Shown here in pieces: positions 1-10,178 of a DNA stretch of 64,000 nt. The stretch is from Patescibacteria group bacterium. Its GTDB lineage: Bacteria > Patescibacteriota > Patescibacteriia > Buchananbacterales > UBA6539. The stretch is taken from the NCBI GenBank assembly GCA_041662625.1, contig JBAZSB010000001.1, positions 681,385-745,384 on the forward strand. The letters are read 5' to 3'. The first letter of the stretch is position 1; each line of letters opens with the position of its first letter. The position numbers were made by a program, and so were the translations under genes. The notes under the pieces are model-generated. The model searched no databases and was not told the origin of the DNA. It was given only the letters and a program-made list of their open reading frames with translations.

Positions 1-873
1 GATTATTCCTAAACTAACTAAGATTGGCGCCCGGATACCAAAAATTTCTGGCGTCGGGTCAATTCTCAAAAATTCCATGAAAATTCTAATCAAAGAATAG
101 TTAACTAGATAAACTAAAAAAACTAAACCGTGATTCTTGATTCTTAATTCTTGATTCTTCTTATTAACCCAAACAAACAAAAATAATAAGACACCAAAAT
201 TAACCAAATCCAATCCCGACTCATACAAAAACGTCGGCTGAAAATACTGAAAATTGATATACTCAACTGGCCGGTTGGCTAAACTAATTGGAATGCCCCA
301 GGCTAAATCTGTTGGCCGGCCAAAAATTTCCTGGTTAAAATAATTGCCCCACCTTCCCAACGCCTGACCCAAAGGAATCGCTACAGCAATCAAATCAGCC
401 CAAAGCCAGAATGACTGGTTTTTTTTATAACAATAAATTAATAAGGTTAATACCCCACCAATAATGGCACCATGGATTGCCAAACCGCCGTGCCAAACCG
501 CAATTATCTCAAAAGGATTTTTTAAATAGAAATTTAAATCCAAAAGTACGGCGTAAATTCGTGCGCCCAAAGTACTGAAAATAATTAGGTAAAAACCCAG
601 GTCATAAACCCCCCCACTTTTATCTAAAAATTCCGGCTGTAACCTTAAAAATTTTTTATTATTCTCGGTTACTATTTTATCTCGTCGATTTCGAAAAAAA
701 AGGGGGGGGTAAACTTCATCTTTTTTAATCCCCTGCTTTTTGGTTAATTGCAAAACCACCAAAAGCCCGAGAATAATTCCAAATACAACCAAAGCTCCGT
801 ACCAATAGACACGAATAAAGCCCAACTGAAATAAAATGGGTTGAGGCAAATAATTGTGTAAAAAGTTAATCAT
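1..873 (-). CDS. lgt: Prolipoprotein diacylglyceryl transferase (runs off window start; carries a 35-aa in-frame insertion)
   Basis: Manual translation from ATG at 873: MINFLHNYLPQPILFQLGFIRVYWYG...GARIYAV...WHGGLAIHGAIIGG...GQALGRWGNYFNQEIFGRPT...QPTFLYES, all Lgt motifs. Frame is open to position 1. Confidence 0.95.
   Translation of the reverse strand, partial: MINFLHNYLPQPILFQLGFIRVYWYGALVVFGIILGLLVVLQLTKKQGIKKDEVYPPLFFRNRRDKIVTENNKKFLRLQPEFLDKSGGVYDLGFYLIIFSTLGARIYAVLLDLNFYLKNPFEIIAVWHGGLAIHGAIIGGVLTLLIYCYKKNQSFWLWADLIAVAIPLGQALGRWGNYFNQEIFGRPTDLAWGIPISLANRPVEYINFQYFQPTFLYESGLDLVNFGVLLFLFVWVNKKNQELRIKNHGLVFLVYLVNYSLIRIFMEFLRIDPTPEIFGIRAPILVSLGII
605..714. mobile_element. MITE-like palindromic insertion (100 bp plus TAAAC direct repeat) inside lgt
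   Basis: TAAAC at 605-609 and 710-714 flanks ends CCCCCCACTTTT...AAAAGGGGGGGG. Internal GTAACC/GGTTAC inverted pair. Confidence 0.75.
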
Positions 874-883
874 GGTGATAATA

Positions 884-1022
884 CCCCTCTCCCTGTCCCT
901 CCCCCGCAAGGGGGGAGGGAACGAGATTAATAGGTTCGATTATACTTAATAAAATTAGTTAAAAATTATTAGTATAGTTTCCCTCTCCCCTTTGTGGGAG
1001 AGGGAACAAGGGTGAGGGGGGG
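884..1022. repeat. Pair of inverted GC-rich REP-like palindromes (CCCTCTCCC...GGGAGAGGG family)
   Basis: cccctctccctgtccctcccccgcaaggggggaggga and tccctctcccctttgtgggagagggaacaagggtgagggg. A related copy lies at 7265-7305. Confidence 0.7.
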
Positions 1023-1083
1023 GTAATGTTCACTAACTAAATGGTAAATTTCTTCTAGCAATTCTTGTTAATTTTTTCCTCAT
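968..1083 (-). pseudogene. Probable internally deleted DUF559-type endonuclease remnant
   Basis: MRKKLTRIARR start, then a shifted frame LEEIYHLVSEHYPPLTLVPSPTKGRGKLY* running into the palindrome. Both resemble DUF559 termini. Confidence 0.4.
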
Positions 1084-1199
1084 AATCTAATTCTACCATA
1101 AATGTTTGAGGATAAAAAAAGGGGTCAGCTAACCTCTCATCAGAAGCTGCTGAACCCATCAGGGAACAATACCTTACCGCGGAATACCGCGGTGACTAA

Positions 1200-1403
1200 C
1201 TACCGCGACAACTTGCCGCCAACCGTCCTGCTGGGATGAACCCGGCGCTGCGTGCACGGCGACCGGTTATCATCACGGACAACAGGTGACTTAGACGCCA
1301 CCGATGTTAGCACTAGCCTTCCTTTCTGGTGCCCATTCGCGCCATTTGTTCCGCCTCCTACCGAAGACATCGCCGCAAAATACTCCGCACTGAATAACCT
1401 CAT
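1200..1403 (-). CDS. Small hypothetical protein
   Basis: 67-aa ORF with AGGAGGAG SD upstream. Confidence 0.45.
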   Translation of the reverse strand: MRLFSAEYFAAMSSVGGGTNGANGHQKGRLVLTSVASKSPVVRDDNRSPCTQRRVHPSRTVGGKLSR

Positions 1404-1649
1404 TGGTACTCCTCCTATTTCGACAGTTGACTCATACTAACTATTCAACCGTCAATATTTAGGAGGACTGTGTTCATGGTGCTTTTGATACACCAAGGGA
1501 CCACCTCCTTTCGCCTGGTAGTCAACTTCACCAATTTCAGAAAGCTTTAATTTACTATATTATCCAATTTTTGTCAAACAAAAAACGCCAGTTGCCAAAT
1601 CAATTTTGGATGATACCAGCGCTTTTTGATTTCTTGATTTTTTGTTTCC

Positions 1650-4043
1650 TTACTTCCGTTTGAGTTTTTTTTCTGTCTCTAAAATATCTAAAGTGGTTTT
1701 GATGACTGTATCGGGGTTAAGCGAGATGCTGTCAATGCCGATTTTAACCAAAAACTGGGCAAAGTCAGGAAAGTCTGAGGGGGCCTGACCACAGATGCCG
1801 ATTTTTCTTTTTTTGGCTTTGGCCACTTTGACGACTTGAGTAATCAGCTTTTTGACGGCTTCATTTCTTTCATCATAGACATGGGCAACTAAAGCGGAAT
1901 CGCGGTCAACACCCAAAGTCAACTGAGTTAAATCATTGGAACCAATAGAAAAGCCGTCAAAAATTTCGCAGAACTCTTCGGCCAAAATCACGTTCGAAGG
2001 AATTTCGCACATCACATAAAATTCTAGTCCACCTTTTCCTTGCTTTAATCCCTGTTTATTCATGACCTCAATTACTTTTTTACCTTCTTCAATCGTTCGG
2101 CAAAAAGGCACCATTACTTTGACATTATCTAAACCCATCACTTCCCGCGCTTTGCGCAAAGCCCGGCATTCCAGTTCAAAAGCGGCTTGGTAATTTGGTG
2201 AATAATAGCGAGAAGCCCCACGCCAGCCAATCATCGGATTGGATTCAACTGGCTCAAATTCCTTACCACCAATCAAATTGGCGTATTCATTTGATTTAAA
2301 ATCGGAAAGCCGAAAAATTACTTCCTTGGGATAAAAGGCAGCGGCAATCTGCGCCACGCCTTCAGCCAGCTTATCAATAAAATACTGGCTTTTATCTTTA
2401 TAACCTTCAGTTAATTCTTGGATGACTTTTTTAGCCCTTTTATCTTTTAACTTATTGAAGTGCAACAAGGCCAAAGGATGAATTTTAATATGATTATTAA
2501 TGATAAATTCTTCCCGGGCTAGTCCCACGCCGTCATTAGGAATAAAAGAAGAAGCAAAAGCGACATCGGGTTGACCGACATTCATCATGATTTTGGTCTT
2601 AGGCCGTTTGATCTTTTTCAAATTAGTCTTTTTAACTTCAAAAGGTAAAATCCCTTCATAAACACAACCAACTTCACCTTCAGCGCCAGACAACGTGACA
2701 CTCTGGCCGGATTTGATTTTTTTGGTGGCTTCATCAGTGCCGACAACACAAGGAATACCCAGCTCGCGCGAGACAATGGCGGCATGGCAAGTCCGGCCAC
2801 CGCGGTTGGTGACGATCCCCCCAGCAATCTTCATAATCGGCTCCCAGTCTGGATCGGTCATATCCGTGATTAAAATTTCTCCGGCTTTAAACTTCTGAAT
2901 CTCTTTAACACTTTTAATAACATTGGCTTTGCCGGCGGCAATTTTGGCACCCACCGCCGCACCTTTAACGATTACTTTACCAGTTTTCTTTAACTTATAT
3001 TCTTCCAAAATAGAAGATGATTTAGCGGCTTGAACAGTTTCCGGCCGAGCCTGGAGGATAAAAAGTTTTTTACTCTGGCCATCTTTGGCCCATTCAATAT
3101 CCATTGGCCGCTTATAATGCTTTTCAATCAACATCCCCCATTCGGCCAGCTTCAAAACTTCCTTTTCGGATAAAACATATTTTTTCTGATCGGCTTTGGG
3201 GGTCGGCACATCTTTGACTACTACCCCACCCTGCTGGGTATAAATCATTTTAATTTTTTTACTGCCCAGTTTTTTGGCAATTATCGGCTTAAAACCTTTT
3301 TCCAAGGTTGGCTTAAAAACCGAAAATTCATCAGGGTTAACTTTACCCTGAACAATATTTTCGCCCAAGCCCCAGGAACCGTTAATTAAAACTGTTCCGC
3401 GAAAACCCGACTCCGTATCAATAGTAAACATCACCCCCGAACATGCTAAGTCCGAACGCACCATTTTCTGGACGCCGATGGAAAGGCCGACTTTGAAATG
3501 GTCAAACTTTTTATCCGCGCGGTACGAAATCGCCCGGTTGGTAAAAAGAGAAGCAAAACAGCGCCGACAGGCATCAAGCAGCGCTTCCTGACCGCGGATA
3601 TTCAAAAAGGTTTCCTGCTGGCCGGCAAAAGAAGCATCGGGTAAATCTTCGGCTGTGGCCGAAGACCGCACCGCCACATCAACATTTTTCCGATATTGCT
3701 TTTCCAATTTTTGGTAAGCAGTAATAATTTGTTTCTGCAAATCTTTGGGTAACTCCGCTTTTAAAATCAATTCCCTGACCTGCTGGCCTTTAGTCATTAA
3801 ATTTTTAAGATCGTGAGTATTCAAATCAGCTAGAATTTTTTTGATTTGCCGGCGCAGACCGGTTTTTTTTAATAAATAAAAATAGGCACTCGCTGTGACG
3901 GCAAAACCATTAGGTACTTCCATGCCGTGAGGCGATAATTTTTGGTACATTTCGCCCAAAGAGGCATTTTTGCCGCCAACTTTCGGCACATCTTTAATGG
4001 TAATCTCGTTGAACCAACAAATAAATTTTTTGCGTAGAATCAT
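1650..4043 (-). CDS. ppsA: Phosphoenolpyruvate synthase
   Basis: VGGKNASLGEM, AVRSSATAEDLPDASFAGQQETFLN, GGRTCHAAIVSRELG phospho-His motif, FSIGSNDLTQL. Confidence 0.97.
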   Translation of the reverse strand: MILRKKFICWFNEITIKDVPKVGGKNASLGEMYQKLSPHGMEVPNGFAVTASAYFYLLKKTGLRRQIKKILADLNTHDLKNLMTKGQQVRELILKAELPKDLQKQIITAYQKLEKQYRKNVDVAVRSSATAEDLPDASFAGQQETFLNIRGQEALLDACRRCFASLFTNRAISYRADKKFDHFKVGLSIGVQKMVRSDLACSGVMFTIDTESGFRGTVLINGSWGLGENIVQGKVNPDEFSVFKPTLEKGFKPIIAKKLGSKKIKMIYTQQGGVVVKDVPTPKADQKKYVLSEKEVLKLAEWGMLIEKHYKRPMDIEWAKDGQSKKLFILQARPETVQAAKSSSILEEYKLKKTGKVIVKGAAVGAKIAAGKANVIKSVKEIQKFKAGEILITDMTDPDWEPIMKIAGGIVTNRGGRTCHAAIVSRELGIPCVVGTDEATKKIKSGQSVTLSGAEGEVGCVYEGILPFEVKKTNLKKIKRPKTKIMMNVGQPDVAFASSFIPNDGVGLAREEFIINNHIKIHPLALLHFNKLKDKRAKKVIQELTEGYKDKSQYFIDKLAEGVAQIAAAFYPKEVIFRLSDFKSNEYANLIGGKEFEPVESNPMIGWRGASRYYSPNYQAAFELECRALRKAREVMGLDNVKVMVPFCRTIEEGKKVIEVMNKQGLKQGKGGLEFYVMCEIPSNVILAEEFCEIFDGFSIGSNDLTQLTLGVDRDSALVAHVYDERNEAVKKLITQVVKVAKAKKRKIGICGQAPSDFPDFAQFLVKIGIDSISLNPDTVIKTTLDILETEKKLKRK

Positions 4044-4117
4044 ATAAAACTCAATTATTAATCTTTAGGATTTTAATATTAAAAATTGATTCGAAATTCA
4101 AAATTCGGGATTAAAAA

Positions 4118-5605
4118 TTAGATTGTTTCTACCTTAATTAAGTTTGTCTGGCCCAAGTAACCAAAAGGATGGCCAGCGGCAATAACAACAATATCGCCTT
4201 TTTTAACCAATTTTTTATTGAGAAGTAATTTTTCAATCGCAACCAATAAATGATTGAATGACTTGGAAAAAGATAAATAATAAGCATTAACCCCCCAGCT
4301 CAGACAAAGCTGATTTCTGGTTTTTTCTGTGGCCGCTAAAGCTACTACCTGAATTCGGGGCCGATATTTAATGATCGAACGAGCCGTAAAGCCGCCAGTG
4401 GTAGCACAAACAATCAATTTTGCCCCAACATCATGGGCGATTTTTTGAACACCAAAGCTGACATTTTCAGTAATCCCCCCGGCTTTCCTTAAACTTTCCT
4501 CAATTTGCTGATGCTGCTGGATTTCCATCCCTTCCACTTCATGGGCGATTTTTGCCATCACCCGGACTGCTTTAAGCGGATATTTTCCGGTCGCCGTTTC
4601 ACCGGAAAGCATAATCGCATCCGTGCCGTCTAAAATGGCATTAGCCACGTCTGAAACTTCGGCGCGGGTGGGAACCGGGTAACGAATCATTGAATCCAGC
4701 ATCTGCGTTGCTACAATCACTGGTTTTGATTCCTGGACGCAGCGCCGGACAATCTTTTTCTGGATTAAAGGTAAATCTTCAAGTGGAATCTCTAGCCCCA
4801 AATCGCCGCGGGCAACCATAATACCGTCAGCGGCCTCTAAAATTTCTTCAAAATGAGTCACGGCTTCAGGCCGTTCAATCTTAGCAATAATTTTAGTGTG
4901 AGTACCGGGCCAGTCACCACTGCGCTTAGGCTTTTTGAAATCTTTGGTCTTTTGACCCAGTCGTATTTCCTCTTTATAAATTACTTTACGCAGATTAATA
5001 ATATCAGCGGCTTCTTTAACAAAAGATAAAGCGATAAAATCAACATCTTGGCGCAAGCCAAATTTCAAATCCTCAATATCTTTGGCTGTTACCGCTGGAG
5101 CGCTAATCGAAGATTTGGGAAAATTCATCCCTTTATGGGTATTAATTACATCACCCACTTTGACTTTGCAACGAATAGCTTTATTTTTGATGGCCAGCAC
5201 CTCTAATTCAATTTTGGCATCATCAATCAATATTGGGTCACCCGGCTTTAAATCTTTATATAAATTAGGATATTGGATGGGAATGAAAGTTGCCACATCC
5301 TTTAAAGAAATTCTAAAATTTTCCGGCACCAACGAAATAGTTTGACCGGCTTCTACTTTAATTCCTTCTTCGGCAATCTCCCCGATTCTGATCCGCGGCC
5401 CTTGTAAATCCTGTAAAACCGCAATGGGTTGGCCCAATTTATCCGCCACCCGGCGAAGATTATTGATCAACAGCGCATGATGTTTATGACTGCCATGAGA
5501 AAAGTTAAGCCGGGCAATATTAAGCCCGGATTGAATCATTGTTTCAATTTTGGTTTTGGCTTCCGAAGCCGGACCGATAGTGCAGACAATTTTAGTTCTC
5601 TTCAT
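4118..5605 (-). CDS. pyk: Pyruvate kinase
   Basis: KRTKIVCTIGPAS, ARLNFSHG, DLQGPRIR, IMVARGDLG, ATQMLDSM, PTRAEVSDVANA. Start taken at MKRTK. Confidence 0.97.
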   Translation of the reverse strand: MKRTKIVCTIGPASEAKTKIETMIQSGLNIARLNFSHGSHKHHALLINNLRRVADKLGQPIAVLQDLQGPRIRIGEIAEEGIKVEAGQTISLVPENFRISLKDVATFIPIQYPNLYKDLKPGDPILIDDAKIELEVLAIKNKAIRCKVKVGDVINTHKGMNFPKSSISAPAVTAKDIEDLKFGLRQDVDFIALSFVKEAADIINLRKVIYKEEIRLGQKTKDFKKPKRSGDWPGTHTKIIAKIERPEAVTHFEEILEAADGIMVARGDLGLEIPLEDLPLIQKKIVRRCVQESKPVIVATQMLDSMIRYPVPTRAEVSDVANAILDGTDAIMLSGETATGKYPLKAVRVMAKIAHEVEGMEIQQHQQIEESLRKAGGITENVSFGVQKIAHDVGAKLIVCATTGGFTARSIIKYRPRIQVVALAATEKTRNQLCLSWGVNAYYLSFSKSFNHLLVAIEKLLLNKKLVKKGDIVVIAAGHPFGYLGQTNLIKVETI

Positions 5606-5609
5606 AATA

Positions 5610-5690
5610 TTAAGAAATAAGTCCAAATAAAGAAATAAGTCTAGATAAGTGCTTTATCTTGGCTTATTTCTTAATTCTTATCTTGACTTA
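5610..5690. repeat. Inverted short-tandem-repeat hairpin
   Basis: aagaaataagtcca/aagaaataagtctagataag ... ttatcttggcttatttctt. Confidence 0.6.
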
Positions 5691-6017
5691 AAGTTTAAGA
5701 GTCTTGACTACCCAGTCACCCAGACCCTTTGCCCAGCCACCCACTATTGGCAATTCCCACTTTTCGCCCTGCAAGGCTTTGATGATGCCGACAATAGCCG
5801 CGATGCCAACTACGATGTTTAGCAGCCAGCCCAAACCCGGGATAAACCAGAAAACCACTGAAATGACGAAAAGCAAAGCCCCTTGACTGGCGTGGAAGCG
5901 GACAAAGTCATTGTCTTTACGGGCAGCTAAAGCGACCAAGGATAAAATCCAAAGGTAGCCGACAGCAGCCCAGATCTTTTTTTCCTGGGGATTAAGTTGT
6001 GATTTTGTTTCAGCCAT
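5688..6017 (-). CDS. DUF4870-like small membrane protein
   Basis: AAVGYLWIL...FVRFHASQG...GIIKALQGEKWELPIVG pattern. Confidence 0.75.
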   Translation of the reverse strand: MAETKSQLNPQEKKIWAAVGYLWILSLVALAARKDNDFVRFHASQGALLFVISVVFWFIPGLGWLLNIVVGIAAIVGIIKALQGEKWELPIVGGWAKGLGDWVVKTLKL

Positions 6018-6147
6018 AGATTTAATTTTTTAATTTATTATCCAATATTTACACTAGCCTAATTATACCATAAATCTCCGTTGACAGCCAAGAAAATTAA
6101 TGCTACCTTATTAAGCTACTGGAATCATAACTAAGGAGAGGGCGACA

Positions 6148-6402
6148 ATGAACCTTAATGTGATTGGCTGGTCTGTGGTTGGCTTTATCGTTCTTTCAAT
6201 AGGGATAGGTCTGGGCTTTCTCATATACAGGTACTACCAATTCAGAAAGCATCATACTTGTCCAAATTGTGGAACGTTTCAACCATCCAGATGCCTTGAC
6301 TGCAAAGATTGTCTAGTCTGCGATCAAGGACAATTTGGTCACCGCGGCGCGACTTTATGCCGCGCCTGTCAAAAGTTTCTGATCCCATCCTGCCATGATT
6401 AA
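6148..6402 (+). CDS. Membrane-anchored Cys-rich (zinc-finger-like) small protein
   Basis: N-terminal TM then several CxxC pairs. AGGAG SD, TTGACA promoter near 6081, terminator 6403-6440. Confidence 0.6.
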   Translation: MNLNVIGWSVVGFIVLSIGIGLGFLIYRYYQFRKHHTCPNCGTFQPSRCLDCKDCLVCDQGQFGHRGATLCRACQKFLIPSCHD

Positions 6403-6451
6403 AGCCGACCGAGGAAACAAGGCCGGCTTCTTTTTTATTTAATATGATAAA

Positions 6452-7234
6452 TTATTTTAAATCCCTGGCTGATAATTCTTTGGCTTGCTGCCACATCACC
6501 ATAAATTGGCTTTTCATCATCTCGGCCAGTTCCGAGCTTTCCACTAAAAAACCAAAGTTCTCTTGGCTTGAAGAAATAAATCGGACGGTATTACCGTAAA
6601 TTGAATAGCCTAAAGAAAAATCAATATTGGCTGGTGCAATCCGCATTTCCCTTTTTAAATTTTGATTAGCTAACAAAAAGGGGTATTTTTTTAAATCCGG
6701 AATTTGGGCTTTGGGCCAAATCACTTTTAAGCTAATATTTTGTTCCGAGCGTTTCTGATGAAATTCTTTGATAAAGTCTGGGCCTAAAAGCTCTAGCATT
6801 TTTTTAATTGGCCAATATGCCAAGACGGTAACATCACGGTAAAGCAGTATATCTTTCATCATTTGCTGCAATTCTTTTTGGCCTTCAAAAATTTGCAGTT
6901 TCGGCTGAGAAAACTTATCACGGTTTTGTAAAGATTGTTTCAAATTTTCTAACTCCTCGGCGGCGGCCAAGACTTCTTTTCGTTTCTCCTCAAGTAAAAG
7001 TTTAATCTTTTCTGAGGTAACCGTAATAAAGACTTTAGCCCCGCCTTTCAAAGTTTCACTGATTAAACCAACTTCAATCAGCCGCTTAAGCAAATCATAA
7101 ACCGATGTCCGGCTGATACCAGCTTGTCTGGCTAATTGGCTGGCACTCATTGGACCATTAGCAAAAAGCTGACTGAACAGCTCGGCCTCAATCGGCCTTA
7201 AATTAAACAAGTTTAATAATTTATTGGGTTTCAT
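6452..7234 (-). CDS. TrmB-family transcriptional regulator
   Basis: wHTH SASQLARQAGISRTSVYDLLKRLIEVGL plus a C-terminal PLD-like effector domain. Confidence 0.85.
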   Translation of the reverse strand: MKPNKLLNLFNLRPIEAELFSQLFANGPMSASQLARQAGISRTSVYDLLKRLIEVGLISETLKGGAKVFITVTSEKIKLLLEEKRKEVLAAAEELENLKQSLQNRDKFSQPKLQIFEGQKELQQMMKDILLYRDVTVLAYWPIKKMLELLGPDFIKEFHQKRSEQNISLKVIWPKAQIPDLKKYPFLLANQNLKREMRIAPANIDFSLGYSIYGNTVRFISSSQENFGFLVESSELAEMMKSQFMVMWQQAKELSARDLK

Positions 7235-7264
7235 ACCTTCTTTTCCCTTCTCCCCTTACTTAAC

Positions 7265-7305
7265 TTCCCCTCTCCCCTTTGGGGGAGAGGGCTAGGGTGA
7301 TGGGG
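7265..7305. repeat. REP-like palindrome (same family as 884-1022)
   Basis: cccctctcccctttgggggagagggctagggtgatgggg. Confidence 0.65.
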
Positions 7306-7429
7306 TATTAGTCTTGCTTTAGTCGTCGGATTTTCACGACATAGTTTACATTACTCCCCTTTTTTGGCAAGGTCAAGGGAGGAAAAGAAACGAGGAGAGT
7401 AAACTGCCCTTTATATCGAGGAGAGATGA

Positions 7430-8308
7430 ATGAATAGAAGAATAATCACGCAGCCAGTCTTTATCTTCGGCTGCAGCAACAGCGGCCAGTCAATACTAGC
7501 CAGAACGCTAACTGACCATCCAGCTTTCTGCGGCTTGCCTTTGATGCGCAGACCTGATAATCATGGACAGCTGCATCACTTGGAAACTCAAGATCTGAGA
7601 CGTTACCGTAAAGGCAAAGGCTGGCCAAAGGAGCTGACTCACCGGTTTGGCAAAGAGACTGCTCGACTTTGGGCCATTAGCAAATTCCGAGGTCTGCTGA
7701 TGGTAACCGAAGCCGACTACACTCCTAGCCTGGCTCGACGAACCAAAACGGTGCTGCGCCGGTTCGTCAAGAAAGGCAAGCGGTTAGTCCTGACCGGACC
7801 AGCCAACTTACTTCGGGCAAGATTGTTCGCCACAATTTTCTCGGATGCCAAGTTCGTTGCCGTGGTCAGATATGCCTGTGCTGTTGCCGAAGGAATTATC
7901 AGAAAACGCCTGCACGATCCACAGCGGCCCTGGATATCAGGTATGCAGACAACGATTCAGCAAGCAGCTGAACAATGGGAGAATGCTAATGTCCTGCTGC
8001 TCTTACTGCAGCAATTCCTGGGCGATCGCCTTCTTATTGTGCACTACGAGGACTTGGTAACCAAACCAAAGGCTACCTTGAGTCAAGTCCTAGCTTTCCT
8101 GGGTGAAAGCAGTAAAGGCTTTAGGGCACCAAGGTTCAAGCGCAAGCTGAATCAAAGGCAAGCCGGGCGTCTGACTGCCGACGAACGCGAAGTTGTGGAA
8201 AGGACCTGCTGGCCGATGATGGACCACTTCGACTATGCCCGGCCAAAGCCGCACGTCTGGCAGCCAAAACGGAGGAAACAGAGGAGATATTCGAAGCCAA
8301 GACAATAG
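7430..8308 (+). CDS. Sulfotransferase family protein
   Basis: PVFIFGCSNSGQS (PAPS loop-like), AKFVAVVR, VHYEDLVTKP..L..VLAFLG. Confidence 0.8.
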   Translation: MNRRIITQPVFIFGCSNSGQSILARTLTDHPAFCGLPLMRRPDNHGQLHHLETQDLRRYRKGKGWPKELTHRFGKETARLWAISKFRGLLMVTEADYTPSLARRTKTVLRRFVKKGKRLVLTGPANLLRARLFATIFSDAKFVAVVRYACAVAEGIIRKRLHDPQRPWISGMQTTIQQAAEQWENANVLLLLLQQFLGDRLLIVHYEDLVTKPKATLSQVLAFLGESSKGFRAPRFKRKLNQRQAGRLTADEREVVERTCWPMMDHFDYARPKPHVWQPKRRKQRRYSKPRQ

Positions 8309-8412
8309 TTCTTGGCTTCTTTTTTTTACCTATACCAAAAGCCGAGGCGTCTTGCCCCGGCTTTGTATTGGAATTTGGAATTTTGAATTTGGGATTTCCC
8401 GTGCAGCGGGCT

Positions 8413-10068
8413 TTACATCATGCCCATGCCACCCATTCCCGGCATTCCCGCACCATGGTCATGGCCTTCTTTTTCCGGTAAATCTGTCACAACGGCTTCC
8501 ATGGTAATCAAAGTTGAAGCAATGGAGGCAGCATTTTCTAAAGCCGTCCGGGTGACTTTCATCGGGTCAACAATGCCGGCTTTGAGCATGTCAACTTTTT
8601 TCATAGTGTTAAAATCATAACCGGAATTAGCATCTTGAATCTCTTTAATCTCATTCAGGATTAGGGAAATGTCTTTAAGGCCGGCGTTGGCCGCAATCTG
8701 ACGCAAGGGGGCCGATAATGCTTGTTGGATAATTTTAGCGCCAACTTTCTCATCATCAGTCAGCTCAACTTTATGTTCTTTCAATAAATCATTTAGGGCA
8801 TTGGCCACTTTGACTAAAGCGGCACCGCCACCGGGGACAATGCCTTCAGCCACAGCGGCTTTAGTCGCATTGAGGGCATCTTCGATTTTGAATTTCTTTT
8901 CTTTCATTTCGGTTTCGGTCGCGGCTCCAACTCTAATGACCCCGACGCCACCAGATAACTTAGCTAAGCGCTCCATTAATTTTTCTTTATCAAATTCGGA
9001 ATCTGACAAATCATATTCTTTTCGGATTTGCGCTATGCGATTCGCGATTTGCTTCTTATCGCCTTTGCCATCAACAATCGTGGTATATTCTTTAGTGGCA
9101 ATCACTTTGCGCGCCTGGCCTAAATGCTCAATATCAGCTTTTTCTAATTTCAAACCCACGTCTTCGGAAATCACCGTCCCACCGGTCAAAACGGCAATAT
9201 CAGCCAACATTTCTTTGCGCCGATCACCAAAACCCGGGGCTTTGACGCCCAAAACATTAAAGGTACCGCGAAGTTTATTGACCACAAAAGTTGCCAAAGC
9301 TTCACCTTCGATTTCATCAGCAATAATCACTAATTCTTTTTTGCCGCTTTGAGCAATTTTTTCTAAAAGCGGTAAAATATCATGAATCGCGGAAATTTTT
9401 TGATCGGTAATCAAAATGTAAGGGTCTTCAAAATCCGCTTCCATCCGCTCGGCATTAGTCACCATATAAGCGGAAACATAACCTTTATCAAAACGCATCC
9501 CTTGAACCACTTCTTTTTGCAAACCAAAAGTTGGACTTTCTTCAACTGTGACCACGCCATCTTTGCCCACTTCTTCCATAATGTCAGCAATCATTTGGCC
9601 GACTTGCGGGTCTAGCGAAGAAATCGTGGCCACTTGCTCCACTTCTTTTTTATCTTTGATTGGTTTAGTAATTCTCTTTAAGCCTTCGATTACTACCAAA
9701 ACAGTTTTTTGAATGCCGCTTTTTAAAGCAATCGGGTCAGTACCAGCGGCGACATTTTTTAGACCTTCTTCAATAATTGCCTGGGCCAAAACCGTAGCTG
9801 TAGTTGTACCATCACCGGCGACATCATTGGTTTTTTCCGCCACTTCTTTAATTAGCGAAGCACCGACATTCTCGAATTTATCTTCCAAATCAATTTCTTT
9901 GGCAATGGTCACGCCATCATTAGTAATGGTTGGTGAGCCAAAGCCTTTATCCAAAATCACGTTTCGGCCTTTGGGACCCAAACTGACTTTGACCGCGTCA
10001 GCGACTTGATCAATGCCTTTTTTAATCGCTGCCCGTGCCTTTTCGTTAAATAATAATTGTTTAGCCAT
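8413..10068 (-). CDS. groEL: Chaperonin GroEL
   Basis: [23 protein letters not shown]-rich tail. Confidence 0.99.
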   Translation of the reverse strand: MAKQLLFNEKARAAIKKGIDQVADAVKVSLGPKGRNVILDKGFGSPTITNDGVTIAKEIDLEDKFENVGASLIKEVAEKTNDVAGDGTTTATVLAQAIIEEGLKNVAAGTDPIALKSGIQKTVLVVIEGLKRITKPIKDKKEVEQVATISSLDPQVGQMIADIMEEVGKDGVVTVEESPTFGLQKEVVQGMRFDKGYVSAYMVTNAERMEADFEDPYILITDQKISAIHDILPLLEKIAQSGKKELVIIADEIEGEALATFVVNKLRGTFNVLGVKAPGFGDRRKEMLADIAVLTGGTVISEDVGLKLEKADIEHLGQARKVIATKEYTTIVDGKGDKKQIANRIAQIRKEYDLSDSEFDKEKLMERLAKLSGGVGVIRVGAATETEMKEKKFKIEDALNATKAAVAEGIVPGGGAALVKVANALNDLLKEHKVELTDDEKVGAKIIQQALSAPLRQIAANAGLKDISLILNEIKEIQDANSGYDFNTMKKVDMLKAGIVDPMKVTRTALENAASIASTLITMEAVVTDLPEKEGHDHGAGMPGMGGMGMM

Positions 10069-10079
10069 AGATTTATTAA

Positions 10080-10178
10080 ATTATTAATTTTGAATTTTTA
10101 ATTTCGAATGAATTTAGAATTTTAAATATTGAATTATTAAAAATTGATTCAAAATTTAAAATTAGAAATTAGAAATTA
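10080..10178. repeat. AT-rich heptamer-repeat hairpin element (related copies at about 4065-4118 and 39590-39682)
   Basis: Shared core AAAATTGATTCRAAATT followed by (NRAAATT)n. Confidence 0.65.

Noticed and set aside
1-873. lgt as a pseudogene broken by the insertion (absent from the ORF track)
   Set aside because: Codon-by-codon reading shows the 105-bp addition has no stop and keeps frame. The ORF is missing only because it runs off the window.
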